In this document: positions 38,248 through 51,520 of the stretch, in pieces
Layout of the letters: every line of letters starts with the position of its first letter
Numbering within the stretch: position 1 is the stretch's first letter
DNA from: Mobula hypostoma
Taxonomy: Eukaryota
Length of the DNA: 64,000 nt
NCBI RefSeq assembly: GCF_963921235.1
Contig: NC_086098.1
Span: forward strand, 62,001-126,000
Reading direction: 5' to 3'
Notes under the pieces: model-generated
The model's input: only the letters and a program-made list of their open reading frames with translations
Told to the model about the DNA's origin: nothing
Database searches by the model: none
Position numbers and translations under genes: made by a program

Positions 38248-38625
38248 GCTGTTGGTGGACCTCGAAGGGCCTCTAATGCGAGGAGGCCTTTGAAAGGAAG
38301 CTCTCCAAGTACGCAGGACTGGTCAGCAACTGTCAACAGGCTGGATGGAGAGCATTTTGGACATCGAAGGAGAGAGGAAGAGGAGAGCCATCCGCAGTAC
38401 CACTGATGTGGCAGAGAGGGCCTCAAGATGGCTGTGGCTCAAAAGAAGGGAGCCATGGAGTCATAAGTAGCTAGCCATCTGGATACAAGCTGGGGTCTGA
38501 TCAGCCCCGGCTGGGTCACCTGGAGGAAGTTGTATGATGTTGAAAGACCCGAAACACCCGATGATTCTAGGAACATCATTGAAGATGTGTCCAGAAGCAT
38601 CAATAGATGTATGTACACAACAGAT
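38248..38625 (+). mobile_element. 3' fragment of an RLE-type (Hero/R2-like) non-LTR retrotransposon
   Basis: Manual translation EEAFERKLSKYAGLVSNCQQAGWRA and AIRSTTDVAERASRWLWLKRREPWSHK* (stop 38468-38470). Confidence 0.72.
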
Positions 38626-39815
38626 ATAACCACATGACCATATAACAATTACAGCACGGAAACAGGCCATCTCGGCCCTTCTAGTCAGTGTCAAACTCCT
38701 ACTCTCACTTAGTCCCACCGACCTGCACTCGGTCCATAACCCTCCATTCCCTTCCTGTCCATATTTAACTTTAAACGACAACATCGAACCTGCCTCAACC
38801 ACTTCTGCTGGAAGCTCGTTCCACACAGCCACCCCTCTCTGAGTAAAGAAGTTCCTCCTCATGTTACCCCTAAACTTTTGCTCTTTAACTCTCAACTCAT
38901 GTCTTCTTGTTTGAATCTTCCCCACTCTCAATGGAAAAAGCCTATCCACTTCAACTCTACCAATCCCCCTCATAATTTTAAACACCTCTATCGAGTCCCC
39001 TCTCAACCTTCTACACTCCAAAGAATAAAGACCTACTTTGTTCAACCTTTCTCTGTAACTTAGGAGATGAAACCCAGGCAACATTTTAGTAAACCTCCTC
39101 TGCACTCTCTCAATTTTACTGACATCTTTCCTATAATTCGGTGACCAGAACTGTAGACAATACTCCAAATTTGGCCTTACCAATGCCTTATATGATTTCA
39201 ACATTACATCCCAACTCCTATACTCAATGCTCTGATTGATAAAGGCCTGCATACCAAAAGCTTTCTTCACCACCCTATCCACATGAGATTCCACCTTCAG
39301 GGAACTATGCACCATTATTCCTAGATCCCTCTGTTCTACGGCATCCTTCAATGCCCTACCATTTACCATGTATGTCCTATTTTGATTAGTCCTACCAAAA
39401 TGTAACACCTCACATTTTTCAGCATTAAACTCCATCTGTCATCTTTCAGCCCACTCTTCTAACTGGCCTAAATCACTCTGCAAGCTTTGAAAACCTACTT
39501 CATTATCCACAATGCCACTTATCTTAGTATCGTCTGCATACTCACTAATCCAATTTACCACCCCATCATCCAGATCATTATTATATATGACAAACAACAT
39601 TGGACCCAGTACAGATCCGTGAGGCACACCGCTGCACACCGTCCTCCAATCTGACACACAGTTATCCACCACTACTCTCTGGCGTCTCCCATCCAGCCAC
39701 TGCTAAATTCATTTTACGACTTCGATATTAATGCCTAACGATTGAACCTTCCTAACTAACCTTCCGTGTGGAACCTTGTCAAAGGCCTTACTGAAGTCCA
39801 TATAGACAACATCCA
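38626..39815 (-). mobile_element. 5'-truncated CR1-A
   Basis: ORFs 38461..39435 and 39439..39672; same 3'UTR as ~4400-4700. Confidence 0.9.
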
Positions 39816-40810
39816 TATGAACAAAGCAGATGAGCTTAGAGCGTGGACCAGTACTTGGAGCTATGATGTTGTGGCCATTACAGAGACTTGGATGGCTCAA
39901 GGACAGGAATGGTTACTTTGAGCGCCAAGCTTTAGATGTTTCAGAAAGGACAGGAAGGGAGGCAAAGGAGGTAGGGCTGTGGCACTGTTGATCAGAGATA
40001 GTGTCACGGCTACAGAAAAGGAGGAAGTCATGGAGGGATTGTATACAGAGTCTCTGTGGGTGGAAGTTAGGAACAGGAAAGAGTCAATAACTCTACTGCG
40101 TGTTTTTTGTAGACCAGCCAATAGTTACAGGGATATCGAGGAGGAGATAGGGAGACAGATTGTGCAAAGGTGTAACAATAACAGGGTTATCATAATGGGA
40201 GATTTTAATTTCCCAAATATCGATTGGCAGCTCACTAGTACAAGGGGTTTAGATGGAGTGGAGTTTATTAGGTATGTTCAGGAAGGTTTCTTGACACAAT
40301 ATAAGCTTACAAGAGGAGAGGGTGTTCTTGATCTGGTTTTGGGAAATGAACCTGGTCAGGTGTCAGGTCTTTCAGTGGGAGAGCATTTTGGAGATAGTGA
40401 TCACAATTCTATCTCCTTTACGGTAGTACTGGAGAGGAATAGGAACAGACAAGTTAGGAAAGCATTTAATTGGAGTAAGGGGCTATCAGGCAGGAACTTA
40501 GAAGCATAAATTGGAAACATGTTCTCTGGGAAACGTACAGAAGAGATGTGGCAAATGTTCAGGGGATATTTGCGTGGGGTTCTGCATATATATGTTCCAA
40601 TAGGACAGGGAAAGGATGGTAGAGTACAGGAACCGTGGTGTACAAAGGCTGTTGTAAATCTAGTCAAGAAGGAAAGGAGACTTATGAAAGGTTCAAAAAA
40701 CTAAGTAATGATAGAGATCCAGAAGATTATAAGGCTAGCAGGAAGGAGCTCAAGAAAGAAATTAGGAGTGCCAGAAGGGGCCATGAGTAGGCCTTGGTGG
40801 ACAGGATTAA

Positions 40811-41727
40811 AGAAAACATAGAAACATAGAAACATAGAAAATAGGTGCAGGAGTAGGCCATTTGGCCCTTCGAGCCTTCACCGCCATTTATTATGATCAT
40901 GGCTGATCCTCCAACTCAGAACCCCGCCCCAGCCTTCCCTCCATACCCCCTGACCCCCGTAGCCACAAGGGCCATATCTAACTCCCTCTTAAATATAGCC
41001 AATGAACTGGCCTCAACTGTTTCCTGTGGCAGAGAATTCCACAGATTCACCACTCACTGTGTGAAGAAGTTTTTCCTAATCTCGGTCCTAAAAGGCTTCC
41101 CCTTTATCCTCAAACTGTGGCCCCTCGTTCTGGACTTCCCCAACATCGGGAATAATCTTCCTGCATCTAGCCTGTCCAATCCCTTTAGGATTTTATACGT
41201 TTCAATCAGATCCCCCCTCAATCTTCTAAATTCCAACGAGTACAAGCCCAGTTCATCCAGTCTTTCTTCATATGAAAGTCCTGCCATCCCAGGAATCAAT
41301 CTGGTGAACCTTCTTTGTACTCCCTCTATGGCAAGGATGTCTTTCCTCAGATTAGGGGACCAAAACTGCACACAATACTCCAGGTGTGGTCTCACCAAGG
41401 CCTTGTACAACTGCAGTAGTACCTCACTGCTCCTGTACTCGAATCCTCTCGCTATAAATGCCAGCATACCATTCGCCTTTTTCACCGCCTGCTGTACCTG
41501 CATGCCCACTTTCAATGACTGGTGTATAATGACACCCAGGTCTCGTTGCACCTCCCCTTTTCCTAATTGGCCACATTCAGATAATAATTTGTTTTCCTAT
41601 TTTTGCCACCAAAGTGGATAACTTCACATTTATCCACATTAAATTGCATCTGCCATGAATTTGCCCACTCACCCAACCTATCCAAGTCACCCTGCATCCT
41701 CTTAGCATCCTCCTCACAGCTAACACG
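40811..41727 (-). mobile_element. 5'-truncated CR1-D variant
   Basis: (GAAACATA)n on the plus strand; ORF 41054..41551. Confidence 0.92.
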
Positions 41728-43148
41728 TTGAAGATCCTGAGATGCAGGATTTATGAAGATTTGGAGAGGTAAAATATGATTAGGAATAGTCAGCATGGCT
41801 TTGTCAAAGGCATGTTGTTCCTTACGAGCCTGATCGAATTCCTTGAGGACGTGACTAAACATATTGATGAAGATAAGAGCAGTAGATGTAGCGTATATGG
41901 ATTTCAGCAAGACATTTGATAAGGTACCCCATGCAAGGCTTATTGAGAAAGTAAGGAGGCATGGGATCCAAGGGGACATTGCTTTGTGGATACAGAACTG
42001 GCTTGCCCACAGAAGGCAAAGAGTGGTTGTAGGCGGGTCATATTCTGCATGGAGTTCGGTCAACAGTGGTGTGCTTCAGGGATCTGTTCTGGGATCTCTG
42101 CTCTTCATGATTTTTATAAATGACCTGGATGAGGAAGTGGAGGGATGGGTTTGTAAATTTGCTGATGACACAAAGGTTGGGGGTGTTGTGGATAGTGTGG
42201 AGGGCTGTCAGAGGTTACAGTGGGACATTGATAGGATGCAAAACTGGGCTGAGAAGTGGCAGATGGAGTTCAACCCAGATAAGTGTGAAGTGGTTCATTT
42301 TGGTAGGTCAAATATCATGGCAGAATATAGAATTAATGGTAAGACTCTTGGCAGTGTGGAGGATCAGAGGGATCTTGGGGTCCGAGTCCATAGGATGCTC
42401 AAAGCAACTGCGCAGGCTGACTCTGTGGTTAAGAAGGCATACAGTGTATCGGCACTCATTAATCGTGGAATTGAATTTAGGAGCCGAGAGGTAATGTTGC
42501 AGCTATATAGGACCCTGGTCAGACCCCACTTAGAGTACTGTGCTCAGTTCTGGTTCCCTCACGACAGGAAGGATGTGGAAACCATTGAAAGGATGCAGAG
42601 GAAATTTACAAGGATGTTGCCTGGATTGGGGAGCATGCCTTATGAAAACAGGTTGAGTGAACTCGGCCTTTTCTCCTTGGAGCGACGGAGAATGAGAGGT
42701 GACCTGACAAAGGTGTATAGGATGATGAGAGACATTGATCGTGTGGATAGTCAGAGGCTTTTTCCCAGTGTCGCAATGGTTGCCATAAGATGTCACATGT
42801 TTAAGGTGCTGGGGAGTAGGTACAGAGGAGATGTCAGAGGCTTTTTCCCAGTGTTGAAATGGTTGCCATAAGAGGACACATGTTTAAGGTGCTGGGTAGT
42901 AGGTACACAGCAGATGTCAGGGGTAAGTTTTTTACACAGAGAGTCGTGAATGTGTGGAAGTGGCTGCTGGCAACAGTGCTGGAGGCAGATACGATAGGGT
43001 CTTTTAAGAGACCTTTGGATAAGTACATGGAGCTTAGAAAAATAGAGGGCTATGGGTAACCCTAGTAATTTCTAAGGTAGGGACATGTTCAGCACAACTT
43101 TGTGGACTGAAAAGCCTGTATTGTACTGTAGGTTTTCTATGTTTCTAT

Positions 43149-44610
43149 AAGGCACTTGTGGGACCTCACTTGGAGTATTGTGTGCAGTTTTGGGCTCCTT
43201 ATTTTAGAAAGAATATACTGACATTGGAGAGGGTTCAGAGAAGATTCACGAGAATGATTCCAGGAATTAAAGGGTTACCATATGAGGAATGTCTGGCAGC
43301 TCTTGGGCTGTTTCCTTGGAGTTTAGGAGAATGAAGGGGGATCTCACAGAAACTTTCCGAATGTTAAAAGGCCTGAACAGATTAGATATGGCAAAGTTAT
43401 TTCTCTTGGTAGAGAAGTCTAGGACAAGAGGACACAACTTCAGGATTGAAGGACGTCCATTTAGAACAGAGATGCAGAGAAATTACTATCGTCAGAGGGT
43501 GGTAAATCTGTGGAATTTGTTGCCACAAGTGGTTGTGGAGGCCAACTCACGGGGTGTATTTAAGGTAGAGATAGATAGGTTCTTGATTAGCCAGGGCATC
43601 AAAGGGTATGGGGAGAAGGCAGGGGAGTGGGGATGACTGGAAGAATTGGATCAGCCCATAATTGAAGGGCGGAGCAGATTCGATGAGCTGAATGGCCTAC
43701 TTCTGCTCCTGTATCTTATGGTCTTATGGTCTTATAGTACGACATTTGACAAGGTCCTGAATGGGAAGCTGGTTCAGAAGGTTCAATCACTCAGCATTCA
43801 GGTTGAGGTAGTAAATTGGATTAGACATTGGGCTTGTAAAGCCAGAGAGTGGGAGTAATGGATTGCCTCTCTGACTGGAAGTCTGTGACTAGTGTACCAC
43901 AGGGATTAGTACTGGGTCCTTTGATGTTTGTCAACTATATCAATGATATAGAATTTAATGTGTTTAATTGGATCAACAAATTTGTAGATGAGACTAAAAC
44001 TGGGGGTTCAGTGGACAGTGAGAAAGGCTGTCATGGCTTGCAGAGGGATCAGCATCAGCTGGAAACATTGGCTGAAAATTGGCAGATGGAATTTAACACA
44101 GACAAGTGTGAGATTTTGCACTTCAGTAGGACCAGCCAGGGTAGGTCTTACACAGTGAACAGTAGGGTTACTGAGGAGAGTGGTAGAACAAAGTGATCTG
44201 GGGATAAAAGTACATAACTTGTTGAAAGTGGTGTCACTGGGAGATAGGGTTGTAAAGAAAGCTTTTGACACATTGGCCTTCATAAATCAATGTATTGAGT
44301 ACAGAAGCTGGGATGAGGACATGAGTTGAGAGTTAAAGGGCAAAAGTTTACGGTTAACATGAGGGGGAAATTCTTTATTCAGAGAGTGGTAGCTGTGTGG
44401 AACGAGCTTCCAGCAGAAAGGGTTGAGGCAGGTTCGATGTTGTCATTTAAAGTTAAGTTGGATAGATATATGGACAGGAAAGGAATGGAGGATTATGGGC
44501 TGAGTGCAGGTACCAGGTGCAGGGATCAGGTGAGAATAAGAGTTCAGCACGGACTAGAAGGGCCGAGATGGCTTGTTTTCGTGCTGTAATTGTTATATGG
44601 TTATATAACA
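43149..44610 (+). mobile_element. Three abutting CR1 fragments (tails (TCTTATGG)n at ~43713-43735 and (ATATGGTT) at ~44594-44605)
   Basis: RT C-terminal peptides in ORFs 43289..43636, 43849..44196, 44326..44589. Confidence 0.8.
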
Positions 44611-47043
44611 TTTTTTTCCATAGGCATTCAGAGAGGCGGGACTGCACAGGCGTGTGACGTCGGGCAGTGAAGCGCGGAAGATTTAAAAGGACAGAAATCC
44701 TGCTTCGGGTTTAATTCGAAGAAGGAAGTCTGAGAATCGGAGCAGGAGTGCGGAGGAAGCCATTTTTGAATTTTTCGTTTTTTTTTCCATTGGTGTTCAG
44801 AGAGGTGGGACTGCGCAGGCGTGTGACGTCGGGCAGTGAAGCGCGGAAGATTTAAAAGGAACAGAGCCTCATACAGGGGGCAGCATAGTTTGCGGGCGGT
44901 GGAGTGAGCCAGGAGCAGAGTGAAGGCTTAAGGGCGTTGGCTCAACAGGCTTAGGTGGAAACGGGCGAGGCGAGGAAGGTTTGGTATTCATTTTTTGTTG
45001 TTATTTGAGGAGAGGGGCAGTATGAGTGTGAGGGCAGTTTGTTGTTCTCCAAGCCTCCTGGACGTCCACATCTGCACCAGGTGCGCCCTGATGCAGCTCC
45101 TAAGCGACTGTGTTAGGGAACTGGAGCTGCAGATCGATGACCTTCGTCTGGTCAGGGAGAGTGAGGAGTTGATATAGAGGAGTTACAGGCAGGTGGTCAC
45201 ACCGGGGCCATGGGAGGCAGACAAGTGAGTCACTGTTAGGAGGGGGAAGGGGAAGAGTCAGGTAATAGAGAGAACCCTGGTGGCTGTGCCTCTTGACAAT
45301 AAGTACTCCTGTTTGAGTACTGTTGCGGGGGACAGCTTACCTGGGGGAAGCGACAGTGGCCATGCCTCCGGCACAGAGTCCGGCCCTGTAGCTCAGAAGG
45401 GTAGGGAAAGGAAGAGGAGGGCAGCAGTAATAGGGGACTCGATAGTAAGGGGGTCAGATAGGCGATTCTGTGGACGCAGTCCAGAGACCCGGATGGTAGT
45501 TTGCCTCCCTGGTGCCAGGGTCCGGGATATTTCTGATCGTGTCCAAGATATCCTGAAGTGGGAGGGTGAGGAGCCAGAGGTTGTGGAACATATAGGTACC
45601 AATGACATAGGTAGGAAAAGGGAAGAGGTCCTGAAAGGAGAATATAAGGAGTTAGGAAGGGAGTTGAGAAAAAGGACCGCAAAGGTAGTAATCTCAGGAT
45701 TACTGCCTGTGCCACGCGACAGTGAGAGTAGGAATGCAATGAGGTGGAGGATAAATGCGTGGCTGAGGGATTGGAGCAGGGGGCAGGGATTCAAGTTTTT
45801 GGATCATTGGGACCTCTTTTGGCGCAGGTGTGACCTGTACAAAAAGGATGGGTTACACTTGAATCCTAGGGGGACCAATATCTTGGCGAGGAGATTTGCG
45901 AGGGCTACTGAGGTGACTTTAAACTAGAATGGTTGGGGGGTGGGAATCAAATTAAAGAGACTAGGAGAGAGGAGGTTAGTTCACAACAGGGGGATGGGAA
46001 CAAGTGCAGAGAGACAGAGGGGTGTAAAATGAGGGTAGAGGCAAAAAGTAGTAAGGTGAAAAGTAAAAGTGGCAGGCCGGCAAATCCAGGGCAAAAATCA
46101 AAAAGGGCCACTTTTCACCATGATTGTATAAGCGAGCCTGAAGGCTTTGTGTGTCAATGCAAGGAGCATTCGTAACAAGGTGGATGAATTAAAAGTGCAG
46201 ATTGTTATTAATGAATATGATATAGTTGGCATCACAGAGACATGGCTCCAGGGTAACCAGGGATGGGAGCTCAACATTCAGGGATATTCAATATTCAAGA
46301 GGGATAGACATGAAAGAAAAGGAGGTGGGGTAGCATTGCTGGTTAGGAAATGAAGGGCATTAGCCGGGAGGATGTGGAATCGATATGGGTAGAGTTGCAT
46401 AACACTAAGGGGCAGAAAACACTGGTGGGAGTTGTGTACAGGCCACTTAACAGTAGTAGTGAGGTTGGGGATAGTATTAAACAGGAAATTAGAAATGTGT
46501 GCAATAAAGGAACAGCAGTTATAATGGGTGACTTCAATCTACATATAGATTGGGTGAACCAAATTGGTAAAGGTGCTGAGGAAGAGGATTTCTTGGAATG
46601 TATGCGGGATGGTTTTTTGAACCAACATGTCCAGGAACCAATTAGAGAGCAGGCTATTCTAGACTGAGTATTGAGCAATGAGGAAGGGATAATTAGCAAT
46701 CTTGGCGTGAGAGGCCCTTTGGGTAAGAGTGACCATAATATGGTGGAATTCTTTATTAAGATGGAGAGTGACATAGTTAATTCAGAAACAAAGGTTCTGA
46801 ACTTAAAGAAAGGTAACATTGAAGGTATGAGATGTGAATTAGCTAAGATAGACTGGCAAATGACACTTAAAGGGTTGACGGTGGATATGCAATGGCAAGC
46901 ATTTAAAGATCGCATGGGTGAACTACAACAATTGTTCATCCCAGTTTGGCAAAAGAACAAATCAAGGAAGGTAGTGCACCCGTGGCTGACAAGGGAAGTT
47001 AGGGATAGTATCAATTCCAAAGAAGAAGCATACAAATTAGCCA

Positions 47044-48630
47044 GATATTAAGGGAGAGGAGGTGTTGGAGTTGTTAAAATACATTAGGACAGATAAGTCC
47101 CCGGGGCCTGACGGAATATTCCCCAGGTTGCTCCACGAGGCGAGAGAAGAGATTGCTGAGCCTCTGGCTAGGATCTTTATGTCCTCGTTGTCCACGGGAA
47201 TGGTACCGGAGGATTGGAGGGAGGCGAATGTTGTTCCCTTGTTCAAAAAAGGTAGTAGGGATAGTCCGGGTAATTATAGACCAGTGAGCCTTACGTCTGT
47301 GGTGGGAAAGCTGTTGCAAAAGATTCTTAGAGATAGGATCTATAGGCATTTAGAGAATCATGGTCTGATCAGGGACAGTCAGCATGGCTTTGTGAAGGGC
47401 AGATCATGTCTAACAAGCTTGATAGAGTTCTTTGAGGAGGTGACCAGGCATATAGATGAGGGTAGTGCAGTGGATGTGATCTATATGGATTTTAGTAAGC
47501 CATTTGACAAGGTTCCACACGGTAGGCTTATTCAGAAAGTTAGAAGGCATGGGATCCAGGGAAGTTTGGCCAGGTGGATTCAGAATTGGCTTGCCTGCAC
47601 AAGGCAGAGGGTGGTGGTGGAGGGAGTACATTCAGATTGGAGGATTATGACTACTGGTGTCCCACAAGGATCTGTTCTGGGACCTCTACTTTTCGTGATT
47701 TTTATTAACGACCTGGATGTTGGGGTAGAAGGGTGGGTTGGCAAGTTTGCAGATGACACAAAGGTTGGTGGTGTTGTAGATAGTGTAGAGGATTGTCAAA
47801 GATTGCAGAGAGACATTGACAGGATGCAGAAGTGGGCTGAGACGTGGCAGATGGAGTTCAACCCGGAGAAGTGTGAGGTGGTACACTTTGGAAGGACAAA
47901 CTCCAAGGCACAGTACAAAGTAAATGGCAGGATACTTGGTAGTGTGGAGGAGCAGAGGGATCTCGGGGTACATGTCCACAGATCCCCGAAAGTTGCCTCA
48001 CAGGTGGATAGGGTAGTTAAGAAAGCTTATGGGGTGTTAGCTTTCATAAGTCGAGGGATAGAGTTTAAGAGTCGTGATGTAATGATGCAGCTCTATAAAA
48101 CTCTGTTTAGGCCACACTTGGAGTATCGTGTCCAGTTCTGGTCACCTCACTATAGGAAGGATGTGGAAGCACTGGAAAGGGTACAGAGGAGATTTACCAG
48201 GATGCTGCCTGGTTTAGAAAGTATGCATTATGATCAGAGATTAAGGGAGCTAGGGCTTTACTCTTTGGAGAGAAGGAGGATGTGAGGAGACATGTTAGAG
48301 GTGTGCAAGATAATAAGAGGAATAGATAGAGTGGATAGCCAGCGCCTCTTCCCCAGGGCACCACTGCTCAATACAAGAGGACATGGCTTTAAGGTAAGGG
48401 GTGGGAAGTTCAAGGGGGATATTAGAGGAAGGTTTTTTACTCATAGAGTAGTTGGTGCGTGGAATGCACTGCCTGAGTCAGTGGTGGAGGCAGATACACT
48501 AGTGAAGTTTAAGAGACTACTAGACAGGTATATGGAGGAATCTAAGGTGGGGGCTTATATGGGAGGCAGGGTTTGAGGGTCGGCACAACATTGTGGGCCG
48601 AAGGGCCTGTACTGTGCTGTACTATTGTAT
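47044..48630 (+). mobile_element. 5'-truncated CR1-B
   Basis: ORF 47062..48285 (407 aa RT) nearly identical to 20054..21697. Confidence 0.92.
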
Positions 48631-49689
48631 AAAAAAAAAAGTGGCTCACCTGAGGACTAGGAGAAATTCAGAGTCCAGCAGAGGAGAACAAAGGGCTTAA
48701 TTAGGAAGGGGAAAAAAATTATGAGAGAAAACTGGCAGGGAACATAAAAAACTGACTGTAAAAGCTTTTATAGATATGTGAAAAGAAAAAGACATATGTA
48801 GGTCCCCTACGGACAGAAACAGGTGAATTGGGGAGCAAGCACATGGCAGACCAATTGAATAATTACTTTGGTTCTGTCTTCAATAAGGAGGTCATGAATA
48901 ATCTTTCAGAAATAGTAGGGGACAGAGGGTCCAGTGAGATGGAGGAACTGAGGGAAATACATGTTAGTAGGGAAGTGGTGTTAGGTAAATTGAAGGGATT
49001 AAAGGCAGATAAATCCCCAGGGTCAGATGGTCTGCATCCCAGAGTGCTTAAGGAAGTAGCCCAAGAAATAGTGGATGCATTAGTGATAATTTTTCAAAAC
49101 TCTTTAGATTCTGGACTAGTTCCTGAGGATTGGAGGTGGCTAATGTAACCCCACTTTTTAAAAAAGGAGGGAGAGAGAAACTGGGGAATTATAGACCGGT
49201 TAGCCTAACATCGGTGGTGGGGAAAATGCTAGAGTCAGTTATCAAAGATGAGATAACAGCACATTTGGAAAGCAGTGAAATCATTGGACGAAGTCAGCAT
49301 GGATTTGTGAAAGGAAAATCATGTCTGACGAATCTCATAGAATTTTTTGAGGATGTAACTAGTAGAGTGGATAGGGGAGAACCAGTGGATGTGTTGTATT
49401 TGGCTTTTCAAAAGGCTTTTGACAAGGTCCCACACAGGAGATTAGTGTGCAAACTTAAAGCACACGGTATTGGGGGCAAGGTATTGATGTGGATAGAGAA
49501 TTGGTTGGCAGACAGGAAGCAAAGAGTGGGAATAAACGGGACTTTTTCAGAATGGCAGGCAGTGACTAATGGGTATCGCAAGGCTAAGTGCTGGGACCCC
49601 AGTTGTTTACAATATATATTAATGACTTGGATGAGGGAATTAAATGCAGCATCTCCAAGTTTGCGGATGACACAAAGCTGGGTGGCAGT

Positions 49690-50582
49690 GTTAGCAGTGA
49701 GGAGGATGCTAAGAGGATGCAGGGTGACTTGGATAGGTTGGGTGAGTGGGCAAACTCATGGCAGATGCAATTTAATGTGGATAAATGTGAAGTTATCCAC
49801 TTTGGTGGCAAAAATAGGAAAACAGATTATTATCTGAATGGTGGCCGATTAGGAAAAGGGGAGGTGCAACGAGACCTGGGTGTCATTATACACCAGTCAT
49901 TGAAAGTGGGCATGCAGGTACAGCAGGCGGTGAAAAAGGCGAACGGTATGCTGGCATTTATAGCGAGAGGATTCGAGTACAGGAGCAGGGAGGTACTACT
50001 GCAGTTGTACAAGGCCTTGGTGAGACCACACCTGGAGTATTGTGTGCAGTTTTGGTCCCCTAATCTGAGGAAAGACATCTTTGCCATAGAGGGAGTACAA
50101 AGAAGGTTCACCAGATTGATTCCTGGGATGGCAGGTCTTTCATATGAAGAAAGACTGGATGAACTGGGCTTGTACTCGTTGGAATTTAGAAGATTGAGGG
50201 GGGATCTGATTGAAACGTATAAGATCCTAAAGGGATTGGACAGGCTAGATGCGGGAAGATTGTTCCCGATGTTGGGGAGGTCTAGAACGAGGGGTCACAG
50301 TTTGAGGATAGAGGGGAAGCCTTTTAGGACCGAGGTTAGGAAAAACTTCTTCACACAGAGAGTGGTGAATCTGTGGAATTCTCTGCCACAGCAAACTGTT
50401 GAGGCCAGTTCATTAGCTATGTTTAAAAGGAAGTTAGATATGGCCCTTGTGGCTACAGGGGTCAGGGGGTATGGAGGGAAGGCTGGGTTCTGAGTTGGAT
50501 GATCAGCCATGATCATAATAAATGGCGGTGCAGGCTCGAAGGGCCGAATGGCCTACTCCTGCACCTATTTTCTATGTTTCTA
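49690..50582 (+). mobile_element. Young CR1-D 3' segment embedded collinearly in the older copy
   Basis: ORF 49588..50493 peptide almost identical to the C-terminus of 14551..16224; own tail at ~50568-50583. Confidence 0.75.
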
Positions 50583-51520
50583 TCTGAATGGTGGCCGATT
50601 AGGAAAAGGGGAGGTGCAACGAGACCTGGGTGTTATTATACACCAGTCATTGAAAGTGGGCATGCAGGTACTGCAGGCGGTGAAAAAGGCGAATGGTATG
50701 CTGGCATTCATAGCAAGAGGATTCGAGTACAGGAGCAGGGAGGTACTACTGCAGTTGTACAAGGCCTTGGTGAGACCACACCTGGAGTATTGTGTGCAGT
50801 TTTGGTCCCCTAATCTGAGGAAAGACATCCTTGCCATAGAGGGAGTGCAAAGAAGGTTCACCAGATTGATTCCTGGGATGGCAGGACTTTCATATGATGA
50901 AAGACTGGATCGACTAGGCTTATACTTGTTGGAATTTAGAAGATTGAGGGGGGATCTTATTGAAACATATAACATCCTAAAGGGATTGGACAGTCTAGAT
51001 GCAGGAAGATCGTTCCCGATGTTGGAGAAGTCCAGAACGAGGGGTCACAGTTTGAGGATAAAGGGGAAGCCTTTTAGGACCGAGATTAGGAAAAACTTCT
51101 TCACACAGAGAGTGGTGAATCTGCGGAATTCTCTGCCACAGGAAACAGTTGAGACCGGTTCATTGGCTATATTTAAGAGGGAGTTAGATATGGCCCTGGT
51201 GGCTAAAGGGATCAGGGTGTACGGGGGGAAGGCTGGTGCAGGGTTCTGAGTTGGATGATCAGCCATGATCATACTGAATGGTGGTGCAGGCTCGAAGGGC
51301 CGAATGGCCTACTCCTGCACCTATTTTCTATGTTTCAATGTTTCTATATAGTTATTTATGGTTATGCTGAAGTAGTAGAAGATGTTGGTGAGGCTTAATT
51401 TGGAGTATTGTGTGCATTTGCCTTCCTTACCACAGACTCAACCTACAAATTAATCTTAAGGAAATCCTTTACAAGGACTTTGCGCCTCAGACTTTTGTAC
51501 TTTCTCTCTATTTAGAAACG

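Larger units (their letters stand above)
38090..43148 (+). mobile_element. CR1 host (ORF2) split by three insertions; contains an 83-bp tandem duplication near its 3' end
   Basis: CVYFNA|..MNKADELRAW rejoin; ORFs 39979..40509 and 41864..42871; tail at ~43132-43148. Confidence 0.85.
44611..51348 (+). mobile_element. Older full-length D-like CR1 (two diverged 5' monomers, ORF1, ORF2), interrupted by CR1-B and carrying a doubled 3' region
   Basis: Monomers at ~44615-44860 (period ~169); ORF1 pieces 44995..45177 and 45280..45927; EN 45933-47045; RT 48640-51249; tails at ~50570 and ~51325. Confidence 0.88.

Noticed and set aside
40893..41621. Long antisense ORFs opposite CR1 RT (also 29042..29614, 16709..17212, 46343..47035)
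   Set aside because: Shadow frames of coding sequence; start and stop positions are not conserved between sibling copies
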